Of a DNA stretch of 63,874 bases, positions 49,721-61,665 are shown one piece after another. The stretch covers positions 50,174,644 through 50,238,517 of the forward strand of contig JARDVH010000099.1 in NCBI GenBank assembly GCA_030324005.1. Direction: 5' to 3'. Position 1 is the first letter of the stretch, and every line of letters starts with the position of its first letter. The notes beneath the pieces are model-generated. The model was not told where the DNA came from and searched no databases. It worked only from the letters and a program-made list of their open reading frames with translations. Source of the stretch: Negaprion brevirostris. Lineage: Eukaryota. The position numbers and the translations under genes were made by a program.

Positions 49721-52700
49721 TGAAGTGTATATATGTGGAGATTGGTGGATTGATAAGTTTTCCCTCAAACGCACACAGGGTGAGAGCTTCTGGCCCTCAC
49801 ACTGGTGACCATTGTCGTGGGAGGAATGGGAAAATTTGGAGGTCACTGACTCTTAACATAATTGCTTTTTGAACCAATGTGGAATTTTTTTTTATTACAA
49901 TGACAGATTATTCAATACATAAACATTGAGGTCAACTTCAGGCAGGAATCTGGTGATGATAGGTTGTCTACACTGAAAGAACCTGTGCCCATAATGCGGC
50001 AAAGCTTTCAAATGATCAATTAGTAGCATATCAGATAAGCTGTTTACATCTTCTCTAGAGAAGCTGAATTAATTGCATGTTGCAACTTGTACCTGTTGGA
50101 CAGCACAGTGTGGAGTGCAAACATGTGCCAGGGGCTGTTCCTCCCACGACAACGCTTCCCCTTCTCCCCAGGGTTATACTTACCATGGCACCCCAGAAGG
50201 TTCCTCTTGACTGATTCCTGATCATATATACTTAGCGTAAACCCTACCTATGTGACAGTACATCGGCACGGTATGATTATTTAGTGAGGCCAGATCATGC
50301 AGCTGAGAAGCTCTTTCATAAGATTTACATCTATTAAAATAATGAGGTTACTGCCCTTTGTGGGCAGAATCTTGTTAAGTCACCACTGCGGGGGGACAAC
50401 ACCTGACTGATGAGAATCTCGTTTCTCAACGTTCCCAGGATTTCACCCATTGCCATTTGCTCTCAGGACGAATGCAAGCGCAAACCCCGCAGTATCTATA
50501 ACAGGGCTGAGAGTTTCACTGACAAGATCTACTCTCATCTCTTTCTCTCCTGCCTAAATAAAGCAAGCCTGCAGCAATTACCTCAAATGCCACAAGACAG
50601 GTGTAAAAGAACAGAATAACAGCTAAACAGAATGATTACTATAATTTAGTCATTGCAAAAAAGACCATTAATCAGGAACTGGATAGCTCATTCAGTTAAA
50701 TATTGAAAAGACCAGAGCAAGAATCAGTGATTGCTCAATTAGCCATTGGAGAAGACAACTCTTACCAACTCCTTTGGGGAAGATGTAGAGAAACTCAAGA
50801 ANNNNNNNNNNNNNNNNNNNNNNNNNNNNNNNNNNNNNNNNNNNNNNNNNNNNNNNNNNNNNNNNNNNNNNNNNNNNNNNNNNNNNNNNNNNNNNNNNNN
50901 NNNNNNNNNNNNNNNNNTTTGCTACTGGTCTGACCACCAGTAGCAAACGATGAGTAAATCCAATTAAAACTAGCCCAAATTCAAAATTTTTAAATTGACT
51001 AAAATACTTGGTAATCTCTGAGTAGTAATAATCATACAGTTCAAATGATAAACTCATTGTACTACTTGTGACTTTATGACTATTATCTGACACTGTTGAC
51101 AGTGTAACAATTACAACTAGTTTTCTGGAGGGGTGAGGGAAGAGAAAAGACAGAAGTTGTATGAGAGTTCTAATGTCACTTTTCACCTATTAAACAGATG
51201 CTGTCATCACCATACCAATGGGATCATAAACAGTTCTCCCACCAATTTAAGGATTCACTAGGCCTCTTCTTTAAATATACAAACTCAGCAAACTAGTGAT
51301 ACAGTAACTAAAACGCTACCCAAATCAAAACAAATAATATCAGCATCAGATGGCTTATAAACTTAGCGCTAATAATTGTTGGCAGCCAAAGATTTCTGGA
51401 ACTTACACTGAATTTAACTCCACAGATAAAACCTATGAGCCAATACATTAAAGAGAAGACTTCATGTTTTAACATTTAAAGTTTTTTTTAAAAGCTACAG
51501 ATTGAAATAGATGAGTATGCATTTCATACAGGTAACACAAATGTCCACTGAACAAAACCAGCTACTGACGATAGGAACATAAGAAACTGGCTGTGATGTG
51601 GAACTATATTGAAACAACTGGGAGAGTGTTCAGCACACAATTACTAACCATATTTGTTGTGTAGAAAGCAAACAAGACGGACGATGGACTTTTTTTAAAA
51701 TCTAACAATTCTTACGTTTCACTTTATAGCAACAATGAGGCCTTGGGACTTGAGGTACTTAATATCAAAGAGTGAAATTATCCATGTAAATTTTCTCCCA
51801 GAGATGCATGTAACCAGTGAATTCAGGTGGGTGGGGTTTGATTAAAGGAAATATTTGGTTTAAGCGAGCAATCAAATTCAGCCGCTAATGCATCATACCT
51901 GTAATTACATTTTGGTCAAGATTTTCCCCAATGATTCATGACCATCCACGTGTGAACGCAGCACAGCTCAGTATAATAGTTTCATCCCCTTACTAAGAGC
52001 TGTGAACATCATCCAACAGTGCGGGTTCAATAGGAATGTGAAATTATGTCCAGAACTTTAGACATAACAAAAAGTGTAATTTTTCTGGTATTATAAATGC
52101 ATTTTCACCAAGACCTGCACTGTATTTTCTGCTTCTTCAAATGATTTGTATCAAAGCCATAAGGAAACAACTAACAAGAAAAGCAAGCTTCCATGAGTGC
52201 ATGAAGAATGGCTGGATGACTTCAAACTTTTTTTTACTTAAGCTTGGAATTTAAATATCTGATGCGACCTGAAAGCTTCAGTTGTTTATGTCGTTATTAT
52301 GTTCCAGCATACGCTAATAGGATTGCAGGAAATTCAACAGTAAAGTGACTGACAAAACAATCAGGTACATTTTCCCCAATTACTTCCCCACAGAACTTCT
52401 ATCCTAAAGGGTATTGGCCGATTTCACTTTCTCCTGCTTTGAAGCTGGATTGAGTACTGCACAGAGATGATGCACCCTAGGGTTGCAATTGGAAAGAAAG
52501 AAGAAAAATCTCCTTATTAATTCCTGAACACTTAGTTGGTCACAGAACGATAACTGCAAGAAGTCTGGCATCGATCATCTAACTCTTTCAACGCAAGTAT
52601 TGGAGGAGACTGTGTGACTGGGGAGAGCAGCACACAAGAGTAATGATGGATATGGAAGGAAAAGACAAAATGCCATACTTATAAATAGCAAGATGGCATG

Positions 52701-54149
52701 TTAGGCATAAGGCCTGTCCTTGACACTCTGCACAGGAGTAGTTTTTAGATACTTTGTAACTGGCAATACAGAAATCAATGGGCGTTATTCAGTAGTGTCT
52801 ATGAATTCACTGAGTAGGACTTTAATGCAGGTTTCAGGACCCTACATTAGAAATAAATTGTGCTCAGAGACCTAATTTGCCAGAATCTAGATAAAAGTTA
52901 CAACTTAAATTAGTCATCTCTGAACTATTCATTGGCCTTAACTTAATGGGCCAACAGCTCAAGCCTGGTCAGCCCCACCAAGAGAGGATGGAATGCTAGA
53001 TCAGGTGGAAAAATTGAGGAATAAGCTAGAATTTGAAATTTCAGCAGGATCTCACAGTATGCTCCTCGAATTAGAAAGTAAACTTCTCTGTCGGCAGTGT
53101 TTGGGTTGGGGATGTGGTCTTTGGTGCCGGGGAAGACCCCTGGAAGGTGTGGAGTCACCGGCTCCAGTGGGCCCCACAGTCTTATGTAAGGGGGTGCCTG
53201 AAGTGGCAGCCTCTACGCAACATGAGCCAATTGGCCACTGAGAATATTCTGGCAAGCGTGAACATTCATCCCTAATTTGGACTTCAGTTTGTTTCCTGCT
53301 TCCATCGAGTAGGCAGCTATTCTGAATGTTGGCCTCTGCCCAGGATGCATTCTCAGCAGCAGTAATGCCTGCGGTTTGCCTACCGCACGGACATGGTCAC
53401 TGGTTTCCTGTCCTTCAAACTGCTTGGGCCCAGTGCCTGTCCCGTGCTGCCCCCCTGAGGTCGTTGCCTAGCCCTTGCTGCCCCCTGGGTTCAGTGCCTG
53501 ACTCTCTTCTCTGGCCTGACTGCTCCTTGGTCTTGCATACCATTGCCTGTCCCCTGTTGCTCTCTAGCCAACCTTGCTGGCACTGGCCCTTTACCCACTC
53601 ACCCGCCCCAGTTCCCACTGCTCCCTGGTGCCTTTTATTGGGTTCCCTGCCACTAATCCCCATTGTCATTTACTGGAGCCTGGAAATGGCGTAGAAGGGT
53701 GGTCAGCAGCATGGGAGGATGGGCAGAGCAGGTCAGCATGGCTAGGAAGGGCATGGGTAGAAGGTGATGGCATGGGCAGGAATAGGGGAAAGCCTGGGAG
53801 GTGTGGAAAGGGTGATGGGGGTAGGCTAGTATGGGATTTAAAAATAGTACCGTTACACCAAAGCTACTAATTTTGTCATATATTTTACAGATTACGGTAG
53901 TTAAACATTAAAACAGGCACTGACTTCCCGCACCCGCACGGTTATAGTTAATTGCAGAACTCAGGAAATTGCTGTCCGAGTTGTCGTACTTCTCAAGAAC
54001 CTGTACAGCACTCGTAACGTTTCTGTGACTCAGACAGTCATGGATTCAACCCATCCTTGGTCTTGAGCANNNNNNNNNNNNNNNNNNNNNNNNNNNNNNN
54101 NNNNAGAGGCGGCATCGTCAGAAGTTTAATCTTTCCAATCATTTATTAA

Positions 54150-54425
54150 ACCATGATCCTGCCTGTCTGCTTGTATAATATCCCATAGCACAGTTCAAAA
54201 GAAAAGGGGGATCTCCCCATTTGCTCGCTACCATTCTTCTCTGAATTAACACCACTACAATTAACAGATCACTTATTCTTTTATTCTTTGTGGGGTACAC
54301 AAATTGGCTGCTGCGCTTGCCTCCAAAACAGTGTTACACTCCAGAAAAGTAATTCAATATATGCGAAATGCTTTGCGATGTCTGGGGGCCATGAAGGGGC
54401 ACTAAAACAGATGCAAGTTACATCT
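54150..54425 (+). mobile_element. Deu-domain SINE 3' part
   Basis: ACAAATTGGCTGCTGCG...AAATGCTTTGCGATGTC...CAGATGCAAGT. Confidence 0.62.
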
Positions 54426-55005
54426 TTCTCTGCATTAAACATGAGATCCAAGTCCAACCACTGAAATGTCACTTGATTAAATGTGCTAGGGTATCATTAG
54501 TATGAGACAATTTAAATGCAGGTTTATAGTCACGTACTACTTTGGTTTCCTCCCATCTTCTCCTGAAGATGCAGATTTCAACAGATCCTAGCAACCCCTC
54601 TGTGCACCTGGCAACTCACCCCACCTGCCAATACATCCAATAGCTATTTCAAATCTCAAAAATGGAGTAGCTGAAGCCTAGTCCCTGTCTGAGGGCATCA
54701 AAGCCATATCAATCCGACATCCACTTCTACATGTGCCATTTACTGGTGGTCATTAGGATCTTGATGAGCTTTCCTCATTTCCTTAGCTGGCGATACTGGA
54801 TCAAGCTGTACTGAAACCAGGCAGTAGTGAGCTAACTCAGCACAGCTAGGGCTTAAATGTGGGCATTTCCTCATTAGATACAAGCCCTGCACAATCAGTG
54901 CACCTACCAACTGATATGCTCAATGAACCACTGGGGAATCCAATGGATAAACTTTGATGAGGGTTGGGATTTTCCAGCCTTCACCCCTGTATGGCACACT
55001 GGCCA

Positions 55006-55215
55006 TGATGTGGAGATGCCAGCATTGGACTGGGGTAAACACAGCAAGAAGTCTCAAAACACCAGGTTAAAGTCCAACAGATTTATTTGATAGTAAACGC
55101 CACTACCTTTCGGAACACTGTTCCTTTGTCAGGTGAGTGGAGAGTTCTCTGAAAACCTGAAATAAAATAAACCTGTTGGACTTTAACCTGGTATTGTGAG
55201 ACTTCTTACTGTGTT
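55006..55215. mobile_element. Palindromic Penelope pLTR-end insertion (second copy of same architecture)
   Basis: 55038-55088 pairs with 55165-55215. The minus arm carries a hammerhead with a mutated core (CUGACAA-A-GGAAC-AGU-GUUCC-GAAA) at ~55101-55135. Confidence 0.85.
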
Positions 55216-55352
55216 CTGCCAAGAAGCCAATTTTGTATCGATTTGGATTGAAATAATTTCACCTGCTCACTCTGATATGGCCTTCAGAATGGGGCACAGT
55301 CTTCAGATGAGGCCAAACTAATGTCTCAAACAAGTTCATGCAACCTCCTTTT

Positions 55353-55518
55353 TTTGATTTATTATTGTCACACGTATTAGTGTACAGTGTATTGTTTCTT
55401 GCATGCTATACAGATAAAGCACACCGTTCATAGTGAAGGAAAGAGAGTGCAGAATGTAGTGTTACAGTCATAGGTGTAGAGAAAGATCAACTTAGTGTGA
55501 GGTATGTCCATTCTAAAG
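55353..55518 (-). mobile_element. Rex1/Babar-like 3' UTR fragment running into gap
   Basis: TTGATTTATTATTGTCACA...GAGTGCAGAATGTAGTGTTACAGTCATAG, the reverse complement of the same tail. Confidence 0.72.
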
Positions 55519-56357
55519 NNNNNNNNNNNNNNNNNNNNNNNNNNNNNNNNNNNNNNNNNNNNNNNNNNNNNNNNNNNNNNNNNNNNNNNNNNNNNNNNNN
55601 NNNNNNNNNNNNNNNNNNGCTCGAAGGGCTAGATGGCCTACTCCTGCTCCTATTTCTTATGTTCTTAACTGTCAAGCAAAAGCCAGACTGATTATATATA
55701 ATAATTCTATTTTAGTTTGTCTATATTAGCTGGTGGGAAGGAAGTAGATACAGTTCAGTCAAATAGAAGCTTGAAAGTAATGGCTGCGTTTGATAGTAAA
55801 AGCACCAGTAAGGATATTGGCACTCTGTTGTTGAAGTCTAAATCAGACAGCAACTTCTGACAGTCACATACGTACAATTAAACACAGAAATCAGGAAACT
55901 GTTATCTTGAGCGCCCCTGTTTCTCCAGAAGCTTTGCTACACTGGTAACTCAATGAGAGACCTGGCACTAAAACAGTGAGAAATTGCAGTATTTACCCAC
56001 TCAATTTGCTGCAAAAGGATAGGACTTATCCATTCCAACATAAGTAAATATTTAACAGCGCAATAAGACACAATTTTTGCCAAACAATCTCTTTGGCACT
56101 GAAAGTTAAGAGTCTCGTTTTGTCAGATCTTATGGACAGGGAGGCCTTGAACTAAAGACACCAGGCTGAGATGCCATAAGTCGGAGCTGATGTTTCCAAA
56201 AGAGCAATGTTAAAAATAGGCGATTGGTTCTTGAACCATGGCTGGAAATCACTCATGATGGAGCACCTAGCAGTGTTAAATCCTCTCAACCAGTCGCTGA
56301 GATGACTGTTGATGACAGCACACCTTCATTCAANNNNNNNNNGTGGGGGATATAATT

Positions 56358-56652
56358 ATAGAATCAAATCATACAAATCCCTACAGTGCAGGAGGCCATT
56401 CAGCCCATCGAGTCTGCACTGACCACAATCCCACCCAGATCTCTTTTCCCTCAACACCACACATTTACCCTCTAATCTCCTTGACACTAAGGGGCAATTT
56501 AGCACAGCCAATCACCCTAAGCTGCACATCTTTGGACTGTGGGAGGTAATCAGAGTACCTGGAGGAAACCCACACAAACATGAGGAGAATGTGCAAACTC
56601 CACATAGATGGTGACCTGAGGGCAGCAGTGTTAATCACAGTTCCACCGTTCC
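56358..56652 (-). mobile_element. HE1-like V-SINE, CR1-type tail
   Basis: Similar throughout to 8549-8835 and 15515-15812. Confidence 0.8.
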
Positions 56653-57314
56653 ACCAATCACTGTCAGTTGCCTGTTTAACCTTTTACATCTGCGAGTCTG
56701 AACACAAATTAAGTATTTAATGTGTTAAAATTGTGATGGTTGTGAAAAAAAATTCAGAATAAAACAGTCATTTCCAACCTAATGATGACAGTTCAATTTG
56801 ACCATAGAGACGGAGAGTGCCAATCATCAGTATGCATGTATGAACGTGTTGGCATGCCAGCATAAAGTCAAAATTGATGTGGTAGAGCTGAATTGTTCAT
56901 TGTACCTCAAACGTCAAAGTCAAGGACTGCCTGTAAAACAATTTCAATTTCTGCTAGGGATTTTAAAATTAGTAAATTTAAGTACACTTTATTTGAAAAC
57001 AATCTCCTTTCCATCTCTTGGCAATGAATTAACCATTTTAGTTCACAGTTTTGACTGCAGGTATCCATAAGGATTCATCAGTCTGATTGGTTCAGGAGAC
57101 ACAATTGGTCGCCCCGTTTGTACTGGTACCAGATACCCTGTAGAGGATGTTGTGCTAAAATTGCATTTCAGTCACTAAGTTCCAGTCCCAAGAAAAGCCC
57201 AGGGGAAGTCTGAACAAGTGTAGTAATGAATGGTTGACATCATCTGTTGGCGTCTGACTACAAAACTTGGGTTGTTGTATCATATAGTCACCGTTTGTCA
57301 ACTGCATTTTGAAT

Positions 57315-57860
57315 GGAATGTGGGTGTAACTGGCTNNNCTAGCATTTATTGCCCAATACTAATCACCCACAAAAAGATGGAAGTGAACGTCAAAGGTAGT
57401 ATTTGGGCTACCTATCAAGCAGTCTGCTTTGTCCTGGATAGTGTTGAGCTTCCCAAGTATCCATCCAGGTAAGGAATTTCATCATGCTCTTGATTGCACC
57501 TGGTAGACCGCAGACAAGCAACGGGGAGTTAGGAAGGGAGTTGTTTGCCGCAGGATTCCGAAGCTCTGACCTGGCTCATCCAGTTCAGTTTCTGGTCAAT
57601 GGTGACTCCCAGAAAGCTGATAATGGGGGAATTCAGTGATGGCAATACCAATGAATGTCAAGGGGTGATGGTTAGATTCTCTCTTATTGGAGACACTCAT
57701 TGCTGAGCACTTATATGGAGTGAATGCTACATACCACTTGTCAGGCTGCATTTGGACACAGACTGCAAGAGTCATCAGCGGACATCCCCATTTCTCACCT
57801 TATAGTGGAAGGGAAGTCATTGACAAAGCAGCTGAAGATGGCTGGGCCTCGGACACCAAA
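57315..57860 (-). mobile_element. Fragmented CR1/L2-group LINE remnant
   Basis: Tail as at 7215, with internal CCAGTTCAGTTTCTGGTCAATGGTGACTCCCAG (LGVTIDQKLNW). Confidence 0.65.
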
Positions 57861-57861
57861 T

Positions 57862-58108
57862 TAAAGTTTATTCATCACTCATATGCAGGCAATTAATACT
57901 GCAATGAAATTACTGTGAAATTCCCCTAGTCGCCTGTTGGGCTCAATGCACCTAAACAGTACTTCAGACTGTGGGAGGAAACCAGAGAACCCAAAGGAAA
58001 GCCACACAGACATGGGGAGAACATGCAAACTCCACACAGTGATCCAAACTGGGAATCGAATCTGGGTCCCTGGCACTGTGAGGCAGCAGTGCTAACCACT
58101 GTGCACCC
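57862..58108 (-). mobile_element. V-SINE with type B tail
   Basis: Reverse complement of the 28499-type element. Confidence 0.8.
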
Positions 58109-61100
58109 TGATTTGCTGGGCCATTTCAGTGGGCGTTTAAGAGACAACCTCATTGCTGTGGGTCTGAAGTCAGATGTAGGCCGGAGCAGGCAAGGGCAGC
58201 AGATTTTCATTAATAGTAATGAACCAGATGGGTTTTTACAACAAATCAAGAATGGTTTCATGCTCATTACTAGACTAGCTTTTAATTTCAGATTTAGTAA
58301 TTGAATTTAAATTCCACCATCTGACCTAGTGGGATCTGCACTCATGTTGCCAGAGTATTAGCATCGGTTTGTAAGAAATCAATTTTCAACAAAATTTGGG
58401 TTTTGCATAAAATTTCTAAAATGCATCTTCACTACAGTAAATCATTTTTCCACCAAAGAAACTATATGAATGAATGTGGTCAATGACAATACCATCATTG
58501 TCAAATAGTATCTTTAATATTTTGCATTATTGTAATAACATCAAATCCTGCCACCATTGTTAGTGATGTTAGGCAGATTGAATGGAGTTGGTCAAACCCC
58601 CATAAAATCTCTCTTTAGGAGTGACCTCGAGTCAATGAAATCCCATTAATAGAAAGCGGAATGGTGACTGCGGATTTGTACAAAGACAACTTTAAGCAAT
58701 AGGGAATCATAACCACTCTCCAGGCAAAAACATCTGCAAAATGTTACAATGTGTTGTTAGTGAAGCAGTTTTTTGTGCAGTAGAAATCATTAGCAGGTCC
58801 ATTACTGAAATGTTGACACAATGCACTTCTTGTGTATGAGTGCACAAGATACTGAAGATGCACAATTACTGGCTGTATAAAGTAAACTCTTGTGATTAGA
58901 GGGAAAAACTAAATAAAAACATACAATGAGACTTTCAAAAAAAAATTCAAGAAGTCCATTAGAGCAGAATGTGTAGACATGATAATCTAAAACAGGAAAT
59001 TTTATTTGCTGACAAGAAACTCAGCACAAATCAAAAGTCAAACACAGAGCACTAGCAGTGGGATGTGAAAAATGCCAGACTCAGAATTTGCAAGCACGGC
59101 TAATTTAGTGTAGAAAATTAGCATTTTGAGTTGGAAGAATATTTGCATTTATGCTCATGCCATTCCCCATTTTAATTCTCCAGTCTTTTACCCTGCTCTT
59201 GATGTTAAAGCTGCAATGGTCAGTCATGAACAACATCTTGTGTAATAAGGGATGTAGCTTGCTGACAGTTTTGTGACTGCTCCACTCTCTTGAACATGGA
59301 TAACAATTAGTATTCACAGAGCATCTTTAACTTGTTAACGTAAGAAACTGTCCTAGGGAACTTCAAAGTTTTATGGGGCAACATCTGACACTCATCACGC
59401 CTAAGAAGACATTAGGACATTGGACCTAAAGCTTGATTGAAGAGGTAGGCTTTAAAGGAATGTAGTGAAGCAGGAAAGCAAGGTAGAAAGCTAGAAAGCT
59501 AGAAAGATTTAGTTTGGGGAGTGGTTCCAGAGTTTAGGGCCATGGCAGCTGAAAGTCTGGCCACCAAAAGGACACTTTGGGCTTGTTACATGGGAGAACA
59601 ATATGGAAGTGCAAGTTTTTGCTGTTCAATGTGAAATAGTTTAATAGCCTTGTTTACAGGAAGAATACAGCTGTTCTCGAGGATGGTAGTAAGTTAGCAT
59701 CCAGCACAAATCTAGTAGGTCAGCAGTAACTCTAATGTGACAAAACAAATCCAAGTGATCTTGTAATTTTTCTAAAATGCGAAGTAAGTAAAATCATTCC
59801 CAAATGAAAAAACAGATTAGCAGACGAGAGTGTATGGATATTGTGACACATTCCAAAGCTTATTTTGAACTGAATTTGAGTGTCACAGTTCAGAAGCAGC
59901 TCCCAGCAGGCCTCGAGACTCCTGCTGATACACCAGTCAGGAAATGGCCACACGTGCATAGTTTGTTTCCACATCTTCAAGTCGGGAACAGGCCCTGCAC
60001 ACAAAGACAGCAGAAAAGTAGCAAAGAGGTGAAACGGTGCAAAAGTCAGGTGACATGGAACTGGAGCATCATTAGAGAGAAGGTGACCCAAAGAGCAGGG
60101 GACAGGGAAATGGAAAGGGAGAAGGACCCAAACCAATAAGACGATCCAAAACTAGAAAGTGGGACAGAAAGAGGTCCCACAAGAAGGTCCCAGGCAGGGG
60201 TCATGGGTAGACCTCAATGAGTCAAGATAAACAATAGCAGCAGAAAAAAAAGGCTAAGATAATAAAAAGATGCGAGGAGCAGATTTCAAACAAAGTAGGC
60301 TCATTAAAGATGAGCCCAGAATATCAATGAGTGCAGCTAAAGGTTGGTAACTCCGTGATACAGGCTGTGAGAGGCACAGGTACCCATTTGGAGCAGTGGT
60401 GTTCTGCGTGGTATGACTGAAGATCTGAAACTGTGCTTGGAAGATGAAACTTGAGTGTAGTTGGAGATTCAGAGGAAAGAAATCTCAGAAGATGAGGGAA
60501 ACATTGGAGGTGCATCTTGACTGTAGTTGTCAGTGGGGTGATGTTTGGAGAGAATTTCAAAGTGAGCTTTGCAAATGTGAAGATTGAAAACCTTTGTGAG
60601 AAAGACAATGATTCAGTGAGACTGAGAGACAAGCATCTAGCTGGATTGTTGAGAAATCCCCAGAAACTGCTCGAGTCAAATCTGTCATTCAATTTGGAGT
60701 GTGATGTGTCTGACCACAGTTTACAAACTATTTCACATGTATTGCATACTTACCCTGAATATTAGAGTGTAAGGTAGATATGGCAAACTGATTTATGTCT
60801 TGGAATTTTCTTTGTGTATGTAAAGATATAGCTACGGTGAAAGAATAATGAGTATTTGAATCATCTTTTATTTGTATTGAGATCTTTCCAGCACCTTTTT
60901 GTCTGATGTAATACACAAAAGAACATTAAACAAGTAAAATGAAATGTATTAAAAAATTCATCGGCAGACGCCTGTGAATTTGTTCTGTGACGTGTTTTGG
61001 AAACTGGAAGAAAAAGATAGGACCCGTCAAGCTAGGTTTGACTCTGGAATCTGCTTTGTCCAATAGTGTCAGCTGGAATGGTAACAATATAAGACTTGTA

Positions 61101-61354
61101 ATGATCATATTCACTTGGCCTCTGTCTCTCCCAACTCTTTCAGTCAAGTATTTCTCATCTTAAAAGCAAAATCTCTTCCTGTAAATATGTTGGTGCAAAG
61201 AAATTATTGTGCTGTCTGGCAAAAACAACTCAAATGTCTGTTAGCTAACATTTTATCAGCAGTTCTGAAAAAACATTTTCATTCACTTGTGGAAAACAAA
61301 GTCATGTCTTACTCTACGTCTTTCTTAGAAGATTTGCATATTAGATTGGCCTAC

Positions 61355-61528
61355 CTCACGCAGCTCCAATCGCTGAGCCACAGCCTCCAGGCATTCCTGT
61401 CCTGTGCTCTCCACCGACAATGTGCACTCAATGACATTGTTATCCAGCAATCGGATGCGTGTCACAAAGCAGTTTTTGCTCAGAACGTTGTACCGTCTGG
61501 TCCTCCTCAGTTTGAGTCTGAATGGCAT
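61355..61528 (-). CDS. PTPN14: PTPN14 first coding exon (N-terminus and start of FERM F1 lobe, 58 codons)
   Basis: Translates to [58 protein letters not shown]. This is nearly identical to the human PTPN14 N-terminus as I recall it and unlike PTPN21 (MPLPFGLKLKRT...). Start context is GAGAGCC-ATG, donor is GAG|GTAGGC at 61355/61354, and the exon is 174 nt, phase 0. Confidence 0.97.
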
Positions 61529-61665
61529 GGCTCTCTAGCCTTGAAAGCAGCCTCTTTCAGAAGTGAATCCTTCAAGCAGTTTGCCTGTTATCTTCCAGCA
61601 CCTTTTTCTACTGAGGGTGAAACCAGCTATCCCTTCCCTGGTGACATTTAAGTACTTGAGACTTC
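61529..61665 (-). other. PTPN14: 5' UTR part of the PTPN14 start-codon exon (acceptor uncertain)
   Basis: Two candidate acceptors: ...GTCATTGTTCATAG|GAAG (exon start 61665) or GGCTTTTCTTTCAG|AAG (start 61702). The non-coding first exon and promoter are not evident in the window. Confidence 0.5.

Larger units (their letters stand above)
47081..50121 (+). repeat. Diverged direct duplication: copies 47081-47317 and 49894-50121
   Basis: Colinear alignment at roughly 80% identity, sharing TGAGGTCAACTTCAG, AAGCTGTTTACATCTTCTCnAGAGAAGCTGAATTA and GTGTGGAGTGCAAA. Confidence 0.9.
25323..61354 (-). other. PTPN14: PTPN14 intron, ~36 kb, phase 0
   Basis: GT...AG boundaries join the two FERM exons in frame (E58|T59). 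Confidence 0.93.

Noticed and set aside
61325-61354. C-terminal VGQSNMQIF of the 67-aa ORF
   Set aside because: Intron read-through past the GAG|GT donor; the protein continues at 25322.
60886-61607. Exact 15-mer TTCCAGCACCTTTTT at 60886 and 61593, flanking the coding exon
   Set aside because: Short, partly low-complexity and without further structure; not distinguishable from chance or a tiny local duplication.
61115-61651. 178-aa plus-strand ORF
   Set aside because: It is the antisense shadow of the PTPN14 exon and has no recognisable domain.
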